Below, piece after piece: positions 1 to 10,526 of a stretch of 64,000 nucleotides of DNA. A model generated the notes under the pieces. That model was not told the origin of the DNA. It saw nothing but the letters and a program-made list of their open reading frames with translations, and ran no database searches. This DNA is from Planctomycetota bacterium (GTDB lineage Bacteria; Planctomycetota; Brocadiia; JAADGH01), in NCBI GenBank assembly GCA_040755855.1, contig JBFMAD010000002.1, positions 243,705 to 307,704 of the forward strand, written 5' to 3'. The first letter of the stretch is position 1. The number at the start of each line of letters is the position of its first letter. The position numbers and the translations under genes are program-made.

Positions 1-767
1 GCGTTGCCCCAGTTATAGACCACATTGTTTACAACGTCCACAATGTACGGGAACTCGCCTTCCGTCGGCAGATAGGGATTGCGGTCGTAGCAGTGCATGA
101 TGAGGTTGTGGTGAAGCGTGATCCGCGTCGGCCCATAGGCGACCATCAGCCCCTTGCTGTGCGCTCCCTTGGAATGAGTGCTTCGGTTCAGGCCCTCCGA
201 GACGATGCACCACTGTACGGTGATATCATGCGCATCGCCTTGCTGCTTGGGGAAGGCGGTGATGCTGAGGCACTCGTCCACGCCCCAGCTCACCGAGCAG
301 TGGTCCACGATCATGTTATAGACGCTGTTGATCCCCAAGGCGTCGGGTTCTCGGTCCGGACCCTGGTCGCCGGTTCGGATGTGCAGATAGCGCAGCACTA
401 CATCGTGAACACCCCCACTGAAAATCAACGACGCGTTGCTGATGCACACACCGCCGCCCGGCGCGGTCTGGCCGGCGATGGTCAGGTAGGAACGTTCCTC
501 CCCCTCCACGTGCAGGGCCTTCTTCAATCGGATCGTGCCGCCCACGTCAAAGACCACGATGCGCGGGCCTTTGCTTGTAAGAGCGTACCGAAGGGTCCCA
601 GGACTGTCATTGTCTTCTATGGTCGTGACGTGGATCACGCGCCCGCCGCGGCCCCCCGGCGTATCACCGCCAAACCCCTCCGCGCTGGGAAACGCCGGAA
701 GCCGGGCATGGGCATGGGCAATGGACGAAACGATCACAAACAGGAGGAGCGGCGACAACTGCTTCAT
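1..767 (-). CDS. Pectate lyase (PL1-like), secreted; runs off left edge
   Basis: Not in ORF track. Manual translation from ATG at 767: MKQLSPLLLFVIVSSIAHAHARLPAFPSAEGFGGDTPGGRGGRVIHVTT...PGTLRYAL...PRIVVFDVGGTI, the typical PL1 N-terminus after a signal peptide. Confidence 0.85.
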   Translation of the reverse strand, partial: MKQLSPLLLFVIVSSIAHAHARLPAFPSAEGFGGDTPGGRGGRVIHVTTIEDNDSPGTLRYALTSKGPRIVVFDVGGTIRLKKALHVEGEERSYLTIAGQTAPGGGVCISNASLIFSGGVHDVVLRYLHIRTGDQGPDREPDALGINSVYNMIVDHCSVSWGVDECLSITAFPKQQGDAHDITVQWCIVSEGLNRSTHSKGAHSKGLMVAYGPTRITLHHNLIMHCYDRNPYLPTEGEFPYIVDVVNNVVYNWGN

Positions 768-936
768 TTTTGAATCTGCTAATATAAAAAAATTTTATTT
801 CGCCCGCCCCAATTAAAGGATTTGGCGGTTTCCTTTAATTCGCCTGTCCGCGTGTCGCAGAATGCGGCACTGAACCATCTATTCAACCAAAACGGCTCTC
901 AAATTGCAACGCATTTGCGGCAGCCCGCCTTTCCCG

Positions 937-976
937 CCCACACGCCCATACCCCCATACGCCCACACCCCCACACT
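937..976. repeat. Five tandem degenerate 8-mers CCCA(C/T)ACN
   Basis: cccacacg cccatacc cccatacg cccacacc cccacact, just downstream of the 997..2982 gene. Confidence 0.8.
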
Positions 977-996
977 CCCTCTCTTCCGACCGGAAC

Positions 997-2982
997 TCAC
1001 TTCCCGCCGTCGAACCATAGATCGAGCCGGGCCGAGACCTTGCGACCGCGCTCCACCGCCCCCCGCGGCACGGGGTAGTGGCAGAGGAGATACTCATCCT
1101 GGCCCGACGGACGATGGTCCACCAAGTGCATCGGACTGGACGCGACGATCCGCACGCGGACTCCTCCGGGCCGCGAGATCGCCTCGCACTCGGACGCATC
1201 CTTCAAAAGCGTTCCCTTAGTGATCTCCGCGGGCAGGGCCGTCTCCATCTTTCCGCCGCGGACCAGTCCGCCGGCGAAGAGCTCCACGGGCAGGCCGACG
1301 AAATGCCGCCACATGCGGAGATCGAGGTCGGTGAGCGCCTCGGCGTCGAAGGTGAGGCAGACATGGTTGTCCGCGCCGAGTTCGATCCGCTCCGTGAAGG
1401 CGATCTTCTGCTGCTCCAGGGCGAGTGTGCCCCGGGCGGTCAGCGCGATGGAGGTCGCCGTGTTCTCGACGGAGGTGGTCACGCCCTCTCGATGGAATCG
1501 CTTCCAGCCGGAGGCGGAGATGCCGGGCGAGCCGCCTCGGATCACCGGCAGGCCGTGAAGCGTCATGTTCCGCACGGCCTGATCGCCGTCGAGCCACACG
1601 TCCAGGCCCCCGGGGGAGCGGATGACGCGGCCGTGCGCCGCCTCGACGACCTGGAGGTCCTTCGCCGCGAGGGGCAGCGTCGCCTTCGGCGGCGCATCCG
1701 CCGGACTGAGCGGCGCGTCGCTGGGCAGGAAGATGCGGCCATCCATGGCGGGCACGATGAATTTCTCCACAACGAGATCCGTTGTGACATCCTTCATCTT
1801 CCTGTTCAACGAGACCTCAACGTCGTATAGGCCGGGATTGCAGACCACCAGGCCGCCGTCGTATTCCCTCCGCCAAGTGCCGTCTTCGTGCTTTCGGCAT
1901 GGCCCCTTGGGGTAGCCGAGCGGGGCGTCGTATTCCTTGTACCACCAGTATCGTCCGCGCCCGGCGTTGCCCGCGTCGAAGGCGTGGTAGCCGTCGCCCA
2001 TGAGGGTGGTGGTAAGGCCGAGTCGCATCATGCGCTCGTCCTTCTGCCCCTCGGCCATGCGCCGCTCCTTCTCCTCCTTGTGCAGGGCGCGCCACACATA
2101 GGGATCAATCCATCCCATGTTGGCCGTGGTGGCGAAGGACGTGATGATGGGCTTCCGGCCCTTCTCGAACCATGCGAGGTAGTTGGCCATCATCTTGTCG
2201 AAGGACAGTTCGCCGCGCGTGACGCGGACCACCTGGTCCTCGCCCAGGCAGCCGTTGAGGTATTCGTAGCCGTAGTCGGTGATGACCCAGTCGTTGATCA
2301 TGACGAGGGCGTCGCCGCCGCGCATCCGGGAGGTCTCGCGGATGATGCGCATGTTGTTCTCGAGCCAGAGCCGGTCGAGTTCGGCGGGGTCGTCACGCTT
2401 GCCGTCGCGGTTCGTATCGAGGTCGCCGTCGTTTGTGCCCGAAATTTTTCGGGAGAAGCAGTCGTAGAAGATGCCGTCGAAGCAGTCATGGGAGAGCAGC
2501 TCGTCGCGGGCGAGCCAGAGGATGTAGTCCACCACCTTGGTGCTGGTGAGGTCCACCCGGCAGCAGCCGGGCCAGTTGGGGATGAGCCGGCCCTTCGTGT
2601 CCTTGAGCCAGAAGTGATCGGGGACGGGGTTGTCCTCGGTGGTGGCCTCGATGAGGACGATGTAGGGCAGGGCGAGGAAGTTCGGGTTGATCTGCCGGAT
2701 CTTGGCGATGTTCTTTTCGCATCGGGGGATGTTGTCCTTGAGCCGCCTGCCCTCCTTGCCCCATGTCCTGTCCCAATTGTAATGGACGTCCATGCACCCG
2801 CCGGCGATGAGGTCGTAGCGGGCGGCCTTGCGGATCTCCTCGTCGTTCATCTCCTTCCACCCGACGCCCGCGCCGTAGAAGTTGGCGATGCGGGGGAAGT
2901 CGGGGTTGATCTTCGCCGCCCGGCCCTGCGCCGCCGCCGTGGAAAGCCCGAGGCACAGGATAAACAGAACGTACCTTCTCAT
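997..2982 (-). CDS. Secreted putative glycoside hydrolase (GHL15-like TIM barrel plus C-terminal beta domain)
   Basis: Signal peptide; FDGIFYD motif; WRREYDGGLVVCNPG tail typical of GHL15-type proteins. Confidence 0.6.
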   Translation of the reverse strand: MRRYVLFILCLGLSTAAAQGRAAKINPDFPRIANFYGAGVGWKEMNDEEIRKAARYDLIAGGCMDVHYNWDRTWGKEGRRLKDNIPRCEKNIAKIRQINPNFLALPYIVLIEATTEDNPVPDHFWLKDTKGRLIPNWPGCCRVDLTSTKVVDYILWLARDELLSHDCFDGIFYDCFSRKISGTNDGDLDTNRDGKRDDPAELDRLWLENNMRIIRETSRMRGGDALVMINDWVITDYGYEYLNGCLGEDQVVRVTRGELSFDKMMANYLAWFEKGRKPIITSFATTANMGWIDPYVWRALHKEEKERRMAEGQKDERMMRLGLTTTLMGDGYHAFDAGNAGRGRYWWYKEYDAPLGYPKGPCRKHEDGTWRREYDGGLVVCNPGLYDVEVSLNRKMKDVTTDLVVEKFIVPAMDGRIFLPSDAPLSPADAPPKATLPLAAKDLQVVEAAHGRVIRSPGGLDVWLDGDQAVRNMTLHGLPVIRGGSPGISASGWKRFHREGVTTSVENTATSIALTARGTLALEQQKIAFTERIELGADNHVCLTFDAEALTDLDLRMWRHFVGLPVELFAGGLVRGGKMETALPAEITKGTLLKDASECEAISRPGGVRVRIVASSPMHLVDHRPSGQDEYLLCHYPVPRGAVERGRKVSARLDLWFDGGK

Positions 2983-3009
2983 AGGTCAACTCCCTCGTCT
3001 CGGTTTCGT

Positions 3010-5439
3010 TTATGGCTTATGCAACGGCCCTGTGGGGGGACCGATCGCGTCCGTGCGTCCGCGATAAGTGACTTCAACAGTGGTCTCGTCCACACGTCTT
3101 GCCTGGAGCGCATTCTCCTCGCCTGCCGGCGTGACCGCGAAGACGTTGATGAAGATGCGGCGGTCGCCCGGCTTGAGGTCGCCCTCGAATCGTTCCTGGA
3201 GGACATGGACCTCCGGCCCTGCGTATGGATAGCCCGCCCATGTCTCCGGCGGATCGATGCCCAGAGTCAATGACTCGGCGGCGGCGTCGCAGTGGACGAG
3301 GACAAGGCTCAGCTCGCGCCGGTCCTTCACGTCCGCATCGGGCTTCGGCCTCTGCGTGACCTGGAAGCGGTGATCCTTCAGGCGCGGCTCGCCGATGGTG
3401 CGCCATCGGCACGTCAGGACCACCGGTCCGGCCTCGCGCGCCACGAGCTCATCAAAGACGACGAAGTGTCTCTCCTTTGCCCAGATGATGTGGCGCGTCC
3501 AGTCCATGCCATTGATGTCGCGGGAGATGGTGGATGTTGCGCCGAAGTCCTCGCCGTCGCGGCGGAACAGGAGACCGCTGAACGTGGGTATCTTGTCCGC
3601 AGGCGACTCCTCTCCGTTGTTCACCCCGGGCCGGGCTACGGTGACGGCGTTGTGCTGGTCGGCGCGAGCGGCGTGGATGCCTTCACGATATTTCGGCTGG
3701 TAGCCGCGCTCGACGAGCCAGGTTCGGTTTTCGTCGTCGAACTGGAGGATCGAGTTGCCGTCGTCGTGGCCGTGGTAGCCGAAGGAGAGGCCGTCCAGCA
3801 GCAGGTATTGATCGTTCGGATCGAAGGAGCGGCGGAAGGAGATCTTGTCGAAGCGTTCCTTTTCATGGACGGGAATCCCGCCGCGCCAGTCCATGTAGAA
3901 ATCGTAGAACAGCGGTTCCAACGGGTGGACGTGGACGCCGAGGTAGTCGTCCCTTCGCTTCTCTCCGAGCATCTTCCGGAATTCGTCGGTCATCGAGAGC
4001 GGCGTGGTTTTCACAATCGCGTCAAATACGTCTGTCTCGACCCCTCCGGGGACGACCCGCTTCTGGGGGTACTCGCTCACATCGCCGAACCCCGGCCCGT
4101 CTCCGATGTTGTTGCTTGACATGATGACCAGGTCCATGAACTTCCAGAGCGCTCCGTCCTTGGCGAAGAACTCGCTGCGCCCTTCGGCGATGGCGAAATC
4201 GGCGGCAAGGCTCATGGCCCCGTGTTGGTAGGTGGAGCAATCCTCCATGGGCTTGCTGGTGTGCATCATCGGCTCGAAGGCCCAGTGCGCGCAACGATTC
4301 CAGACGGGGACCTCGGGGATGTTGTACCGCTCGAAATACCGCGCCGCAAAGAGAAGCGCCCGCGCCGGGTGGGTCATGTGGTTGTGCGACAGAAAGGGAT
4401 GCCTCTTGTTGAATTCGGCGGCGGCATCCATCTTCTCGGGTACCATACTCTCCTTTGGGTAGCTGTACGCCCATCCTGCGAGGTTCAGTTTGGGCCACTC
4501 CTCCGGATATCGCTCTCGGTAGTCGCGATAGTACCGATTGAGACAGTAGGCCGACCAGTCAATGAAGGAGGTACGGGCCATGAGGTAAAGCGTGTTGACG
4601 ATTTCCAGTCGCCAAGCGTCGTCGAAGCCGCTGTCCGACTCGATTTCATCCCAGCGCTTGATCGGATAATGCATCTCGAACGAGGTGTTTCCCACGTTTT
4701 GCCGGGGCAGCTCAGGCGTTTCCAGGTATTCGATATACCGCCCGATCATCATCCGCAACGTATCCGGGTCCACTCCCCAGCCGGCTGTTCGCTTGACGAG
4801 GAGGCGGAGGCTGTTCATGCCGCCCTCCTTGCCGTGCGCCTCGGCCCATAGCGCGGACTGGATGGCATGGTCCCGAAAGGCGTCCGTCGGGAGGGCAAAG
4901 GGCTTCGGCTCGGATTCGGGCCGGGAATCCGCCGGGCAAAGCTCCTTGATGTAGTAGGCCTCACTGGCCTCGTAAAGGCGCAGGCTGTCTATCACGCAGC
5001 CGGGACCCTCTCTCAGCGTGAGCGTGACATCCAACTTGTCCGCGCCGTCGCCTGGCAGCAACACCTTCTTGTTCGTGTAGGTCGTCGTGCATGGAAAGAC
5101 GCGACCGACGATCTTTCCCCCGGCCGCCACTTCGATCCAGTTGAACGTGGCGTCCTCGATCGCCTTGCTGCGGCACATGAGGGCATACGTCGTTCCCGCC
5201 TTCGTTTGCACAGGAAGCGAGACTCGGAGCGTCGTATGCTTCTGGTCCAACACCACGCCGCCGTCGCGCCGCTCCAGTCCCGCCACCCCTGGGAGCGCCT
5301 CCGCCTCGAAGGCCGTCCCCGGCGCGAACTTGGTCCGCTCCTCGAGCGGAAACGCCTCCCCGCCACAGGCCGTGAGAGCGGCGGCGATAAGGATAGGAAG
5401 GATCAGGCCGAGAATCCTTGTGTGGCTATTGATACACAT
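3010..5439 (-). CDS. Heparinase II/III-like protein, probable lipoprotein
   Basis: Start moved to MCINSH (5439) to avoid overlap with the next gene; lipobox-like LTAC; YHGHDDGNSI...WLVERGY...HNAVTV motifs. Confidence 0.65.
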   Translation of the reverse strand: MCINSHTRILGLILPILIAAALTACGGEAFPLEERTKFAPGTAFEAEALPGVAGLERRDGGVVLDQKHTTLRVSLPVQTKAGTTYALMCRSKAIEDATFNWIEVAAGGKIVGRVFPCTTTYTNKKVLLPGDGADKLDVTLTLREGPGCVIDSLRLYEASEAYYIKELCPADSRPESEPKPFALPTDAFRDHAIQSALWAEAHGKEGGMNSLRLLVKRTAGWGVDPDTLRMMIGRYIEYLETPELPRQNVGNTSFEMHYPIKRWDEIESDSGFDDAWRLEIVNTLYLMARTSFIDWSAYCLNRYYRDYRERYPEEWPKLNLAGWAYSYPKESMVPEKMDAAAEFNKRHPFLSHNHMTHPARALLFAARYFERYNIPEVPVWNRCAHWAFEPMMHTSKPMEDCSTYQHGAMSLAADFAIAEGRSEFFAKDGALWKFMDLVIMSSNNIGDGPGFGDVSEYPQKRVVPGGVETDVFDAIVKTTPLSMTDEFRKMLGEKRRDDYLGVHVHPLEPLFYDFYMDWRGGIPVHEKERFDKISFRRSFDPNDQYLLLDGLSFGYHGHDDGNSILQFDDENRTWLVERGYQPKYREGIHAARADQHNAVTVARPGVNNGEESPADKIPTFSGLLFRRDGEDFGATSTISRDINGMDWTRHIIWAKERHFVVFDELVAREAGPVVLTCRWRTIGEPRLKDHRFQVTQRPKPDADVKDRRELSLVLVHCDAAAESLTLGIDPPETWAGYPYAGPEVHVLQERFEGDLKPGDRRIFINVFAVTPAGEENALQARRVDETTVEVTYRGRTDAIGPPTGPLHKP

Positions 5440-5516
5440 GCTTGGTTCTCCAAAGACATCCATCACCATTGAGAACGAGAACGATTGCGATGACGGTAAC
5501 GGGGGCGAACAACCGA

Positions 5517-6752
5517 CTATATCTTCGCCCCGACCTCCTTGGCCAGGGCGGCCCAGTCGGCAAGGCGTTTCGGATTGCGATTGGTCGTCTCCAGCTCCTG
5601 CAGGACGATCTGCATCGGGCAGCCCTTGGCCTTCGTCAGCCCGTCTCTCAGGTGCTTCCGCACATCGGACAGGTCGGGCGAATAGACCACATCCGTCGCC
5701 TTCTGCCGCCACTCGATGCAGTAGCGGCCGCCCGTGGCCTGGGCGAGCTTGCCAATATCGGTCCATGCGGAACATACGAATTTGCGGAGGTTTGGGATGC
5801 TCAGGACCATGCTGATCTTGTTCGTCAGGTCCTCGCAGCAGCCGTAGAACGTCAGGCCGAAGCGCTCGAGGATCGGCTTCTGGTATTGCAGCAGGAATTT
5901 CTCATAGAGCGCGGGCGAGACGCCCTGGAACTCCTGGCTCTCGCCCCGGCCCCACTGGTCGCGCAGGCGGACATGCTCCCCGTCGAAATCCGGCTGGGGC
6001 AGGTCGTCGCAGGCCATCTTGTTTGTGTTGTTCAGCGTGAGGACCCCTGCCTTCTCGTATTGGCCCATCACGCTGAGGTGCCCCTCCATGAGCGTGCGCA
6101 TGAGGTGGTGCACCCACGCGGGCCGGTCCATCAGATCAACCAGGAGCTGCTCGACGCCGCGGAGTTGCGTCGCCCAGCCGTGCAGCCAGGCGCCCGCCCC
6201 CGGCACGGCGCAGGTCAACTTCACGGGAAGGATGTCGCCGAGGAGGTCGTCCATCCGGCTCAGGTTTGCCTGCGTGGCCGCGTCGTCGTAGTGATAATGC
6301 GGCGGGACGATCTTCTCGATGTCGGCCTCGTCCTTGATCGGCGGGTCGTAGGCCCAGGCGGTGCGCGTGATGTCGTCGTGCTTCGTATTGATGTGCTTAA
6401 CGGGCAGGCCCCAGAGGTGCTGGCCATCGAGGCGCATCACGGGGGCGACCGGCATCCACGGGTCGAGGACGGTGTCGTCGCCGAGGTCCCACTTGTAGAG
6501 CTGCTTGCGGAGTTCGTACTCGATCCCGGCGAGCCATTTGTCCTGCGACGTGACGACGCTCTGGGGCAGCGCCTCCATCCACGCGCCCGACCCGAGGTTG
6601 CAGATCACCGCCGGTCGGTCGGTCTTGCGGAGGCTGTTCACATCGCACCAGAGCTCCAGGCGGTTCTTATTCTCCTGCGTGTCGGCCAGCTCCGCGACCT
6701 TGCGGGCCAGCTCGCGCACCGTATCGCGCTCCTTGGGGTCGGTCGTTGTCAT
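5517..6752 (-). CDS. Uroporphyrinogen decarboxylase (UroD/MetE-like) family protein
   Basis: LRGVEQLLVDLMDRP, SQEFQGVSP..YEKF and YGCCE motifs; start MTTTD preceded by AAGGAG. Confidence 0.7.
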   Translation of the reverse strand: MTTTDPKERDTVRELARKVAELADTQENKNRLELWCDVNSLRKTDRPAVICNLGSGAWMEALPQSVVTSQDKWLAGIEYELRKQLYKWDLGDDTVLDPWMPVAPVMRLDGQHLWGLPVKHINTKHDDITRTAWAYDPPIKDEADIEKIVPPHYHYDDAATQANLSRMDDLLGDILPVKLTCAVPGAGAWLHGWATQLRGVEQLLVDLMDRPAWVHHLMRTLMEGHLSVMGQYEKAGVLTLNNTNKMACDDLPQPDFDGEHVRLRDQWGRGESQEFQGVSPALYEKFLLQYQKPILERFGLTFYGCCEDLTNKISMVLSIPNLRKFVCSAWTDIGKLAQATGGRYCIEWRQKATDVVYSPDLSDVRKHLRDGLTKAKGCPMQIVLQELETTNRNPKRLADWAALAKEVGAKI

Positions 6753-6955
6753 TCGCGATCTCCTTTGTCGGTGTCCTCGTTTCATTCTGCGAGACAGTGA
6801 AACGATGGTACCCTCCGGCGCTGGGAAAAGCAAGCGTCCATTGCTGCGGCGTGTTGTTCATGCGACGGGAACGGCGTTTGCGCATCCCTCCATTGGCTCG
6901 AAATGGGGGGCGGAAGCTGACGAAAAATGTCACATTCCGCTCCGGTCTTGGGCCG

Positions 6956-6976
6956 ATGTGACGCAGATTGTCACAT
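6956..6976. promoter_or_regulatory. Palindrome ATGTGAC-N7-GTCACAT, possible operator
   Basis: Perfect 7-bp arms in a divergent intergenic region; extra TGTCACAT half-site near 6929. Confidence 0.4.
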
Positions 6977-7039
6977 GGCGCGTCTCGATAAGACTTGGTC
7001 CGGCAAGAAGTTACGCGCTTGTTACAAAAAGGAGTGGTC

Positions 7040-8614
7040 ATGAGAAAGCTGTCGCGCCCCTTGCGATGGATGCTGGTCATCGTCCTGTTGGTGAGTCAGA
7101 ACGCCATGGCCTGCGGCGTATGCATGGACGAGGATATCCGCACGTGGTTACCGTTTGTGGACAAGCTGATGATCCTGTGCCTCTTGTGGATCGTCGCGGT
7201 GGTTATCGTGAAGACCAGGCGACGGCAGAGCGAAGAGGGCATCCCGGATCGCGGGCGGGGCCGTCGGCAACTCTTCGGGACGGTCCTTGTCGGGGCTGTG
7301 GGGACATTCATAATCATGTATGTCTTGGCGGTCCAGCAACCGGAACCATACGTCCTGTTGATGATCTCGCCGATATACGAGGGAATGGCTTATGCCGGGA
7401 TCAACCCCTTCTGGTCCCTGCCTGCATTTCTTGTGATCTGGAGTGTTGGAGTAGCCATAACGGCGCGACTCGATCCGGACGACCCATGTTCGTCCTGCCG
7501 AGCGGCTGCTTGGCGGGCCGCCCGCGATATGATAGTTGTCCTTCTGTTCCTCGGAGGCGTGGCGGCGGGGATCATCTACGTGCTTCAATGTCCCGCAAAG
7601 GGGCGCCCGATCGTTCTCGCCGAACTTGTTGTCCTGTGTGAACTGCTCCTTGCCTTGCTGTTGATCCGAAGACGATCCCATCGGCGCGAGGGGATTCCAT
7701 GGCGCGTTGTCATCGGCGCCGCGCTTCTATCCACCATCGGGTTGAGTATTATGTGCTGCCTTGCCTACATGAGCGTTTTGACTCCAAGCCTTCTCATCGG
7801 GATTGTGTGGGCAGTGTATGTGACCCGCAAGGTGATCGAAGCCGCCCGCCGCCGTCCCTGTCAGCAAGAAGCAAGGGCGTTGCTTCGCGTAAACGCCGCC
7901 TTTCTCGCACTTGCCATTCTCTGCGTGCCGGGGAGCTACGCCTATGCGCGCTCGGTGCGGGGCATGATCGGCAGGCTCGGCGCCTCCCGTTCCACCGACG
8001 ACTATCTCCGCCGCGAGCTTATCGCCAGGGCCGAATCGTCAGTAAAGCCGATCATTGGCGTAACACGAAGGGCGATAAGGCGTTATGATGGCACGGAGGA
8101 CAGTGAGTGGGCGCGTAGCCGCGCGCTCTCGTCCGCGTTCCACTGCCTGGGCGAGATCGGCGGGTCGGAGGCCGAGGCGTTCCTTGCCGCCGTGGTCCGG
8201 GGCGACGCGGGCCTTGCGAATGCCGGCAAGTTGCATGTCTATCCTGAAGCATGTATTGCATACGCAAAGTGCGCCGGGGGCCGGGCTGTTGCCGACCTCA
8301 TTGCGGCCTATCGCCGGACCGATGACGACGTCGCCCGCGCCGCGATCTTGGCCGCCTTGGTTCGGACCGCCGACAAGGACGCCATCCCGTACGTCCTGAG
8401 CCACATGGACGTCCTCCTGGAAAACGATGGCTACGGCTACGATCATGAGCGTGAGGTGCAACTGGCCCGCCGTGCAATTGTGTATGGGGCGGGGATTGCG
8501 GACCTGAAAAATCCTGAGAACATCCAGCCTAAGGGCGGTCTGGGTTCGCCGGAGACCGCGTGGCGCGAGAGGAAGACCGAGATATGGGAGAAGTGGGAAC
8601 GGGTATTTGAGTAA
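7040..8614 (+). CDS. Polytopic membrane protein with C-terminal HEAT-like repeats
   Basis: AAGGAG RBS before ATG 7040; many hydrophobic helices; LGEIGG..A..L and ARAAILAAL HEAT-like segments. Confidence 0.7.
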   Translation: MRKLSRPLRWMLVIVLLVSQNAMACGVCMDEDIRTWLPFVDKLMILCLLWIVAVVIVKTRRRQSEEGIPDRGRGRRQLFGTVLVGAVGTFIIMYVLAVQQPEPYVLLMISPIYEGMAYAGINPFWSLPAFLVIWSVGVAITARLDPDDPCSSCRAAAWRAARDMIVVLLFLGGVAAGIIYVLQCPAKGRPIVLAELVVLCELLLALLLIRRRSHRREGIPWRVVIGAALLSTIGLSIMCCLAYMSVLTPSLLIGIVWAVYVTRKVIEAARRRPCQQEARALLRVNAAFLALAILCVPGSYAYARSVRGMIGRLGASRSTDDYLRRELIARAESSVKPIIGVTRRAIRRYDGTEDSEWARSRALSSAFHCLGEIGGSEAEAFLAAVVRGDAGLANAGKLHVYPEACIAYAKCAGGRAVADLIAAYRRTDDDVARAAILAALVRTADKDAIPYVLSHMDVLLENDGYGYDHEREVQLARRAIVYGAGIADLKNPENIQPKGGLGSPETAWRERKTEIWEKWERVFE

Positions 8615-8650
8615 TCCGATCGAAGAGCATTTTGAGAAGGGAGGTTGGCA

Positions 8651-10294
8651 ATGACAGACGAACCGCGCGGTGTTCAACCTGGGGTCGTTGCGGAAGTCGG
8701 CAAGGTCGCGCTCGGCTTCCTGAGCCGACACAACATCCTCTATCTGCTGAGCGCGATGCTGATGCTCCTCGGGTGTTACCTGATCTCCATGCCGTACCTC
8801 TTTCGCTATCGCGAGATCGGCGGGCTGGTCGTCCTGCTGGGGATCATCAACGTGTATGAAGCCATGGTCATCCTGACCTGCTGCTTCATCATCCGCCGCG
8901 ACGCGAGCCGGCCGGAGTGCGCCGTGCTCCTGCTTGTGGAACTGCTGTTCCTCTTCGACGCCACGTTCACGATCAACGCCTGCATGCCTGTTCACTTCAG
9001 TTGGGGTATAGCCATCGCCACCGCGAGCTTGGCGCTCGTGTTCCTCAAGCTGCTCGCTCTGGAGGCCGGCGCCGGGGCGCGCGTGTTCGCGGGTGCAAAG
9101 GCGTTCCTCCTGCTGACGGCTGCGTTTCTGTGCGCCTTCCAGTCGTTCCTTATGTGGCCGCAGGCCGGGCCGGCCGCACAGCAATGGCTGTCGTACATGG
9201 TCTGGGGCGTTTTCGGCGTATTGCCCCTGCTCCTCCTGCTGCTGAGGCTCGACCCGGACCGCGACACCGGGAGTTGCGCCATGCCGTGGTGGCGGACCGG
9301 CGCCTTCCGGAGAACCGCCGTCTGCATCGCGCTGATCCTCGTCGCCATCCAGGTGACGGGACAAACATGGGTCCATCAGATGCCGTTCTGCGTCGAGTTC
9401 CTACTGCCGGCGGCGATCAGCATCGCCGTGATCCTCCCGGTGATGATTCCATCCATGAGCCAAACGACGCTCGACGCCGTGCGCGGCATCGCGCTGACCA
9501 TTGCGTTCGCTCTCGCCCTGATCGCCGGGAAAGAGGTTACGCATACGGTCTCTATCCTGGGACAAAAAGCCGTGCTTTCGCCCTTCCGCATCGCCGCGCT
9601 GTTCGGTGCTGCGGCCTTTCTGCTGATGTGGCGTCGCGAGCGGAGCCGGTTTCATCTCCACGGCCTCTCCATCCTCCTGGCCGTGGCGATAATGGGGTTC
9701 GACAACGATAGTATCTTCGCCTTCTTCCATCGTCCCGCGCTGGCCAAGGTCGGCGCGATCATGCCTGTCGCCGTGCTCTGGGTCCTGTTCACAAGGAGCT
9801 ACGCCCACGCCCTGCTCGTGATGACCGCCATGCTCGGTCTGACGCTCAAGGCCATTGACCAGTGTCACGTGAACCTGACGCTTCGGCTCGAGATGCTTCG
9901 CTGGTGGCCCATCCTGGCTCTGGTCCTCATGTATGTTATGCGCAGGAACCGCACCCGATGGCAGACGATCCTGATCGCGCTGATCTTCTGCATCGGCCTC
10001 GCCGGGCGCGTCCCGGAGTTTGCCCTGCCGCACATCATCTACTACTGGTGCGGTTTGGCAGCCATCCTGCCGGCGGCGGTGTGGGTCAGGAGGTCGCACA
10101 TCTACACGCTCCTGGCATACCTCGTCATGGCCGTGCCGGACTGCTACGCCCTGCCGATCCCGCGCGCGGCGGTCCACTGGGGCGGGGTGCTGATCGGGGC
10201 CGCGTTCGTGCTCTTTGCTCTCGGGTTTCTCCTCACCCGGCGGTCATTGCGCCCGTCCCCGCCGAACGTCCAGGACGGCAATAGCGTTCCATAG
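8651..10294 (+). CDS. Hypothetical polytopic membrane protein
   Basis: GGAGG RBS; hydrophobic segments along the whole length. Confidence 0.75.
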   Translation: MTDEPRGVQPGVVAEVGKVALGFLSRHNILYLLSAMLMLLGCYLISMPYLFRYREIGGLVVLLGIINVYEAMVILTCCFIIRRDASRPECAVLLLVELLFLFDATFTINACMPVHFSWGIAIATASLALVFLKLLALEAGAGARVFAGAKAFLLLTAAFLCAFQSFLMWPQAGPAAQQWLSYMVWGVFGVLPLLLLLLRLDPDRDTGSCAMPWWRTGAFRRTAVCIALILVAIQVTGQTWVHQMPFCVEFLLPAAISIAVILPVMIPSMSQTTLDAVRGIALTIAFALALIAGKEVTHTVSILGQKAVLSPFRIAALFGAAAFLLMWRRERSRFHLHGLSILLAVAIMGFDNDSIFAFFHRPALAKVGAIMPVAVLWVLFTRSYAHALLVMTAMLGLTLKAIDQCHVNLTLRLEMLRWWPILALVLMYVMRRNRTRWQTILIALIFCIGLAGRVPEFALPHIIYYWCGLAAILPAAVWVRRSHIYTLLAYLVMAVPDCYALPIPRAAVHWGGVLIGAAFVLFALGFLLTRRSLRPSPPNVQDGNSVP

Positions 10295-10526
10295 GTCCCG
10301 CCGCCGGAATGCGGTGGAATGCTCTTTGAATATATCAGGTCTGCTTAACACTAACTAACAACAAATGATAGGATACACGCGTTGACCATTTGCCGAAAAT
10401 CTCAGGAGAATCGGGTAGGAATGTGGCGGGTCGTCATAATCAAAGACATAAACGCTGTATTATAAGCTCTTATGAAGGTCTGACCTTTCTGGCACCCATA
10501 CATAACAACAGGAGGCGCAGCTTTGC

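Noticed and set aside
5440..5775. N-terminal extension of the 921-aa ORF call
   Set aside because: It overlaps the UroD-like gene; a signal peptide and lipobox follow the ATG at 5439.
10295..10526. AT-rich stretch as ncRNA or IS remnant
   Set aside because: Only short AGGTCTG matches; no convincing structure, ORF or terminal repeats.
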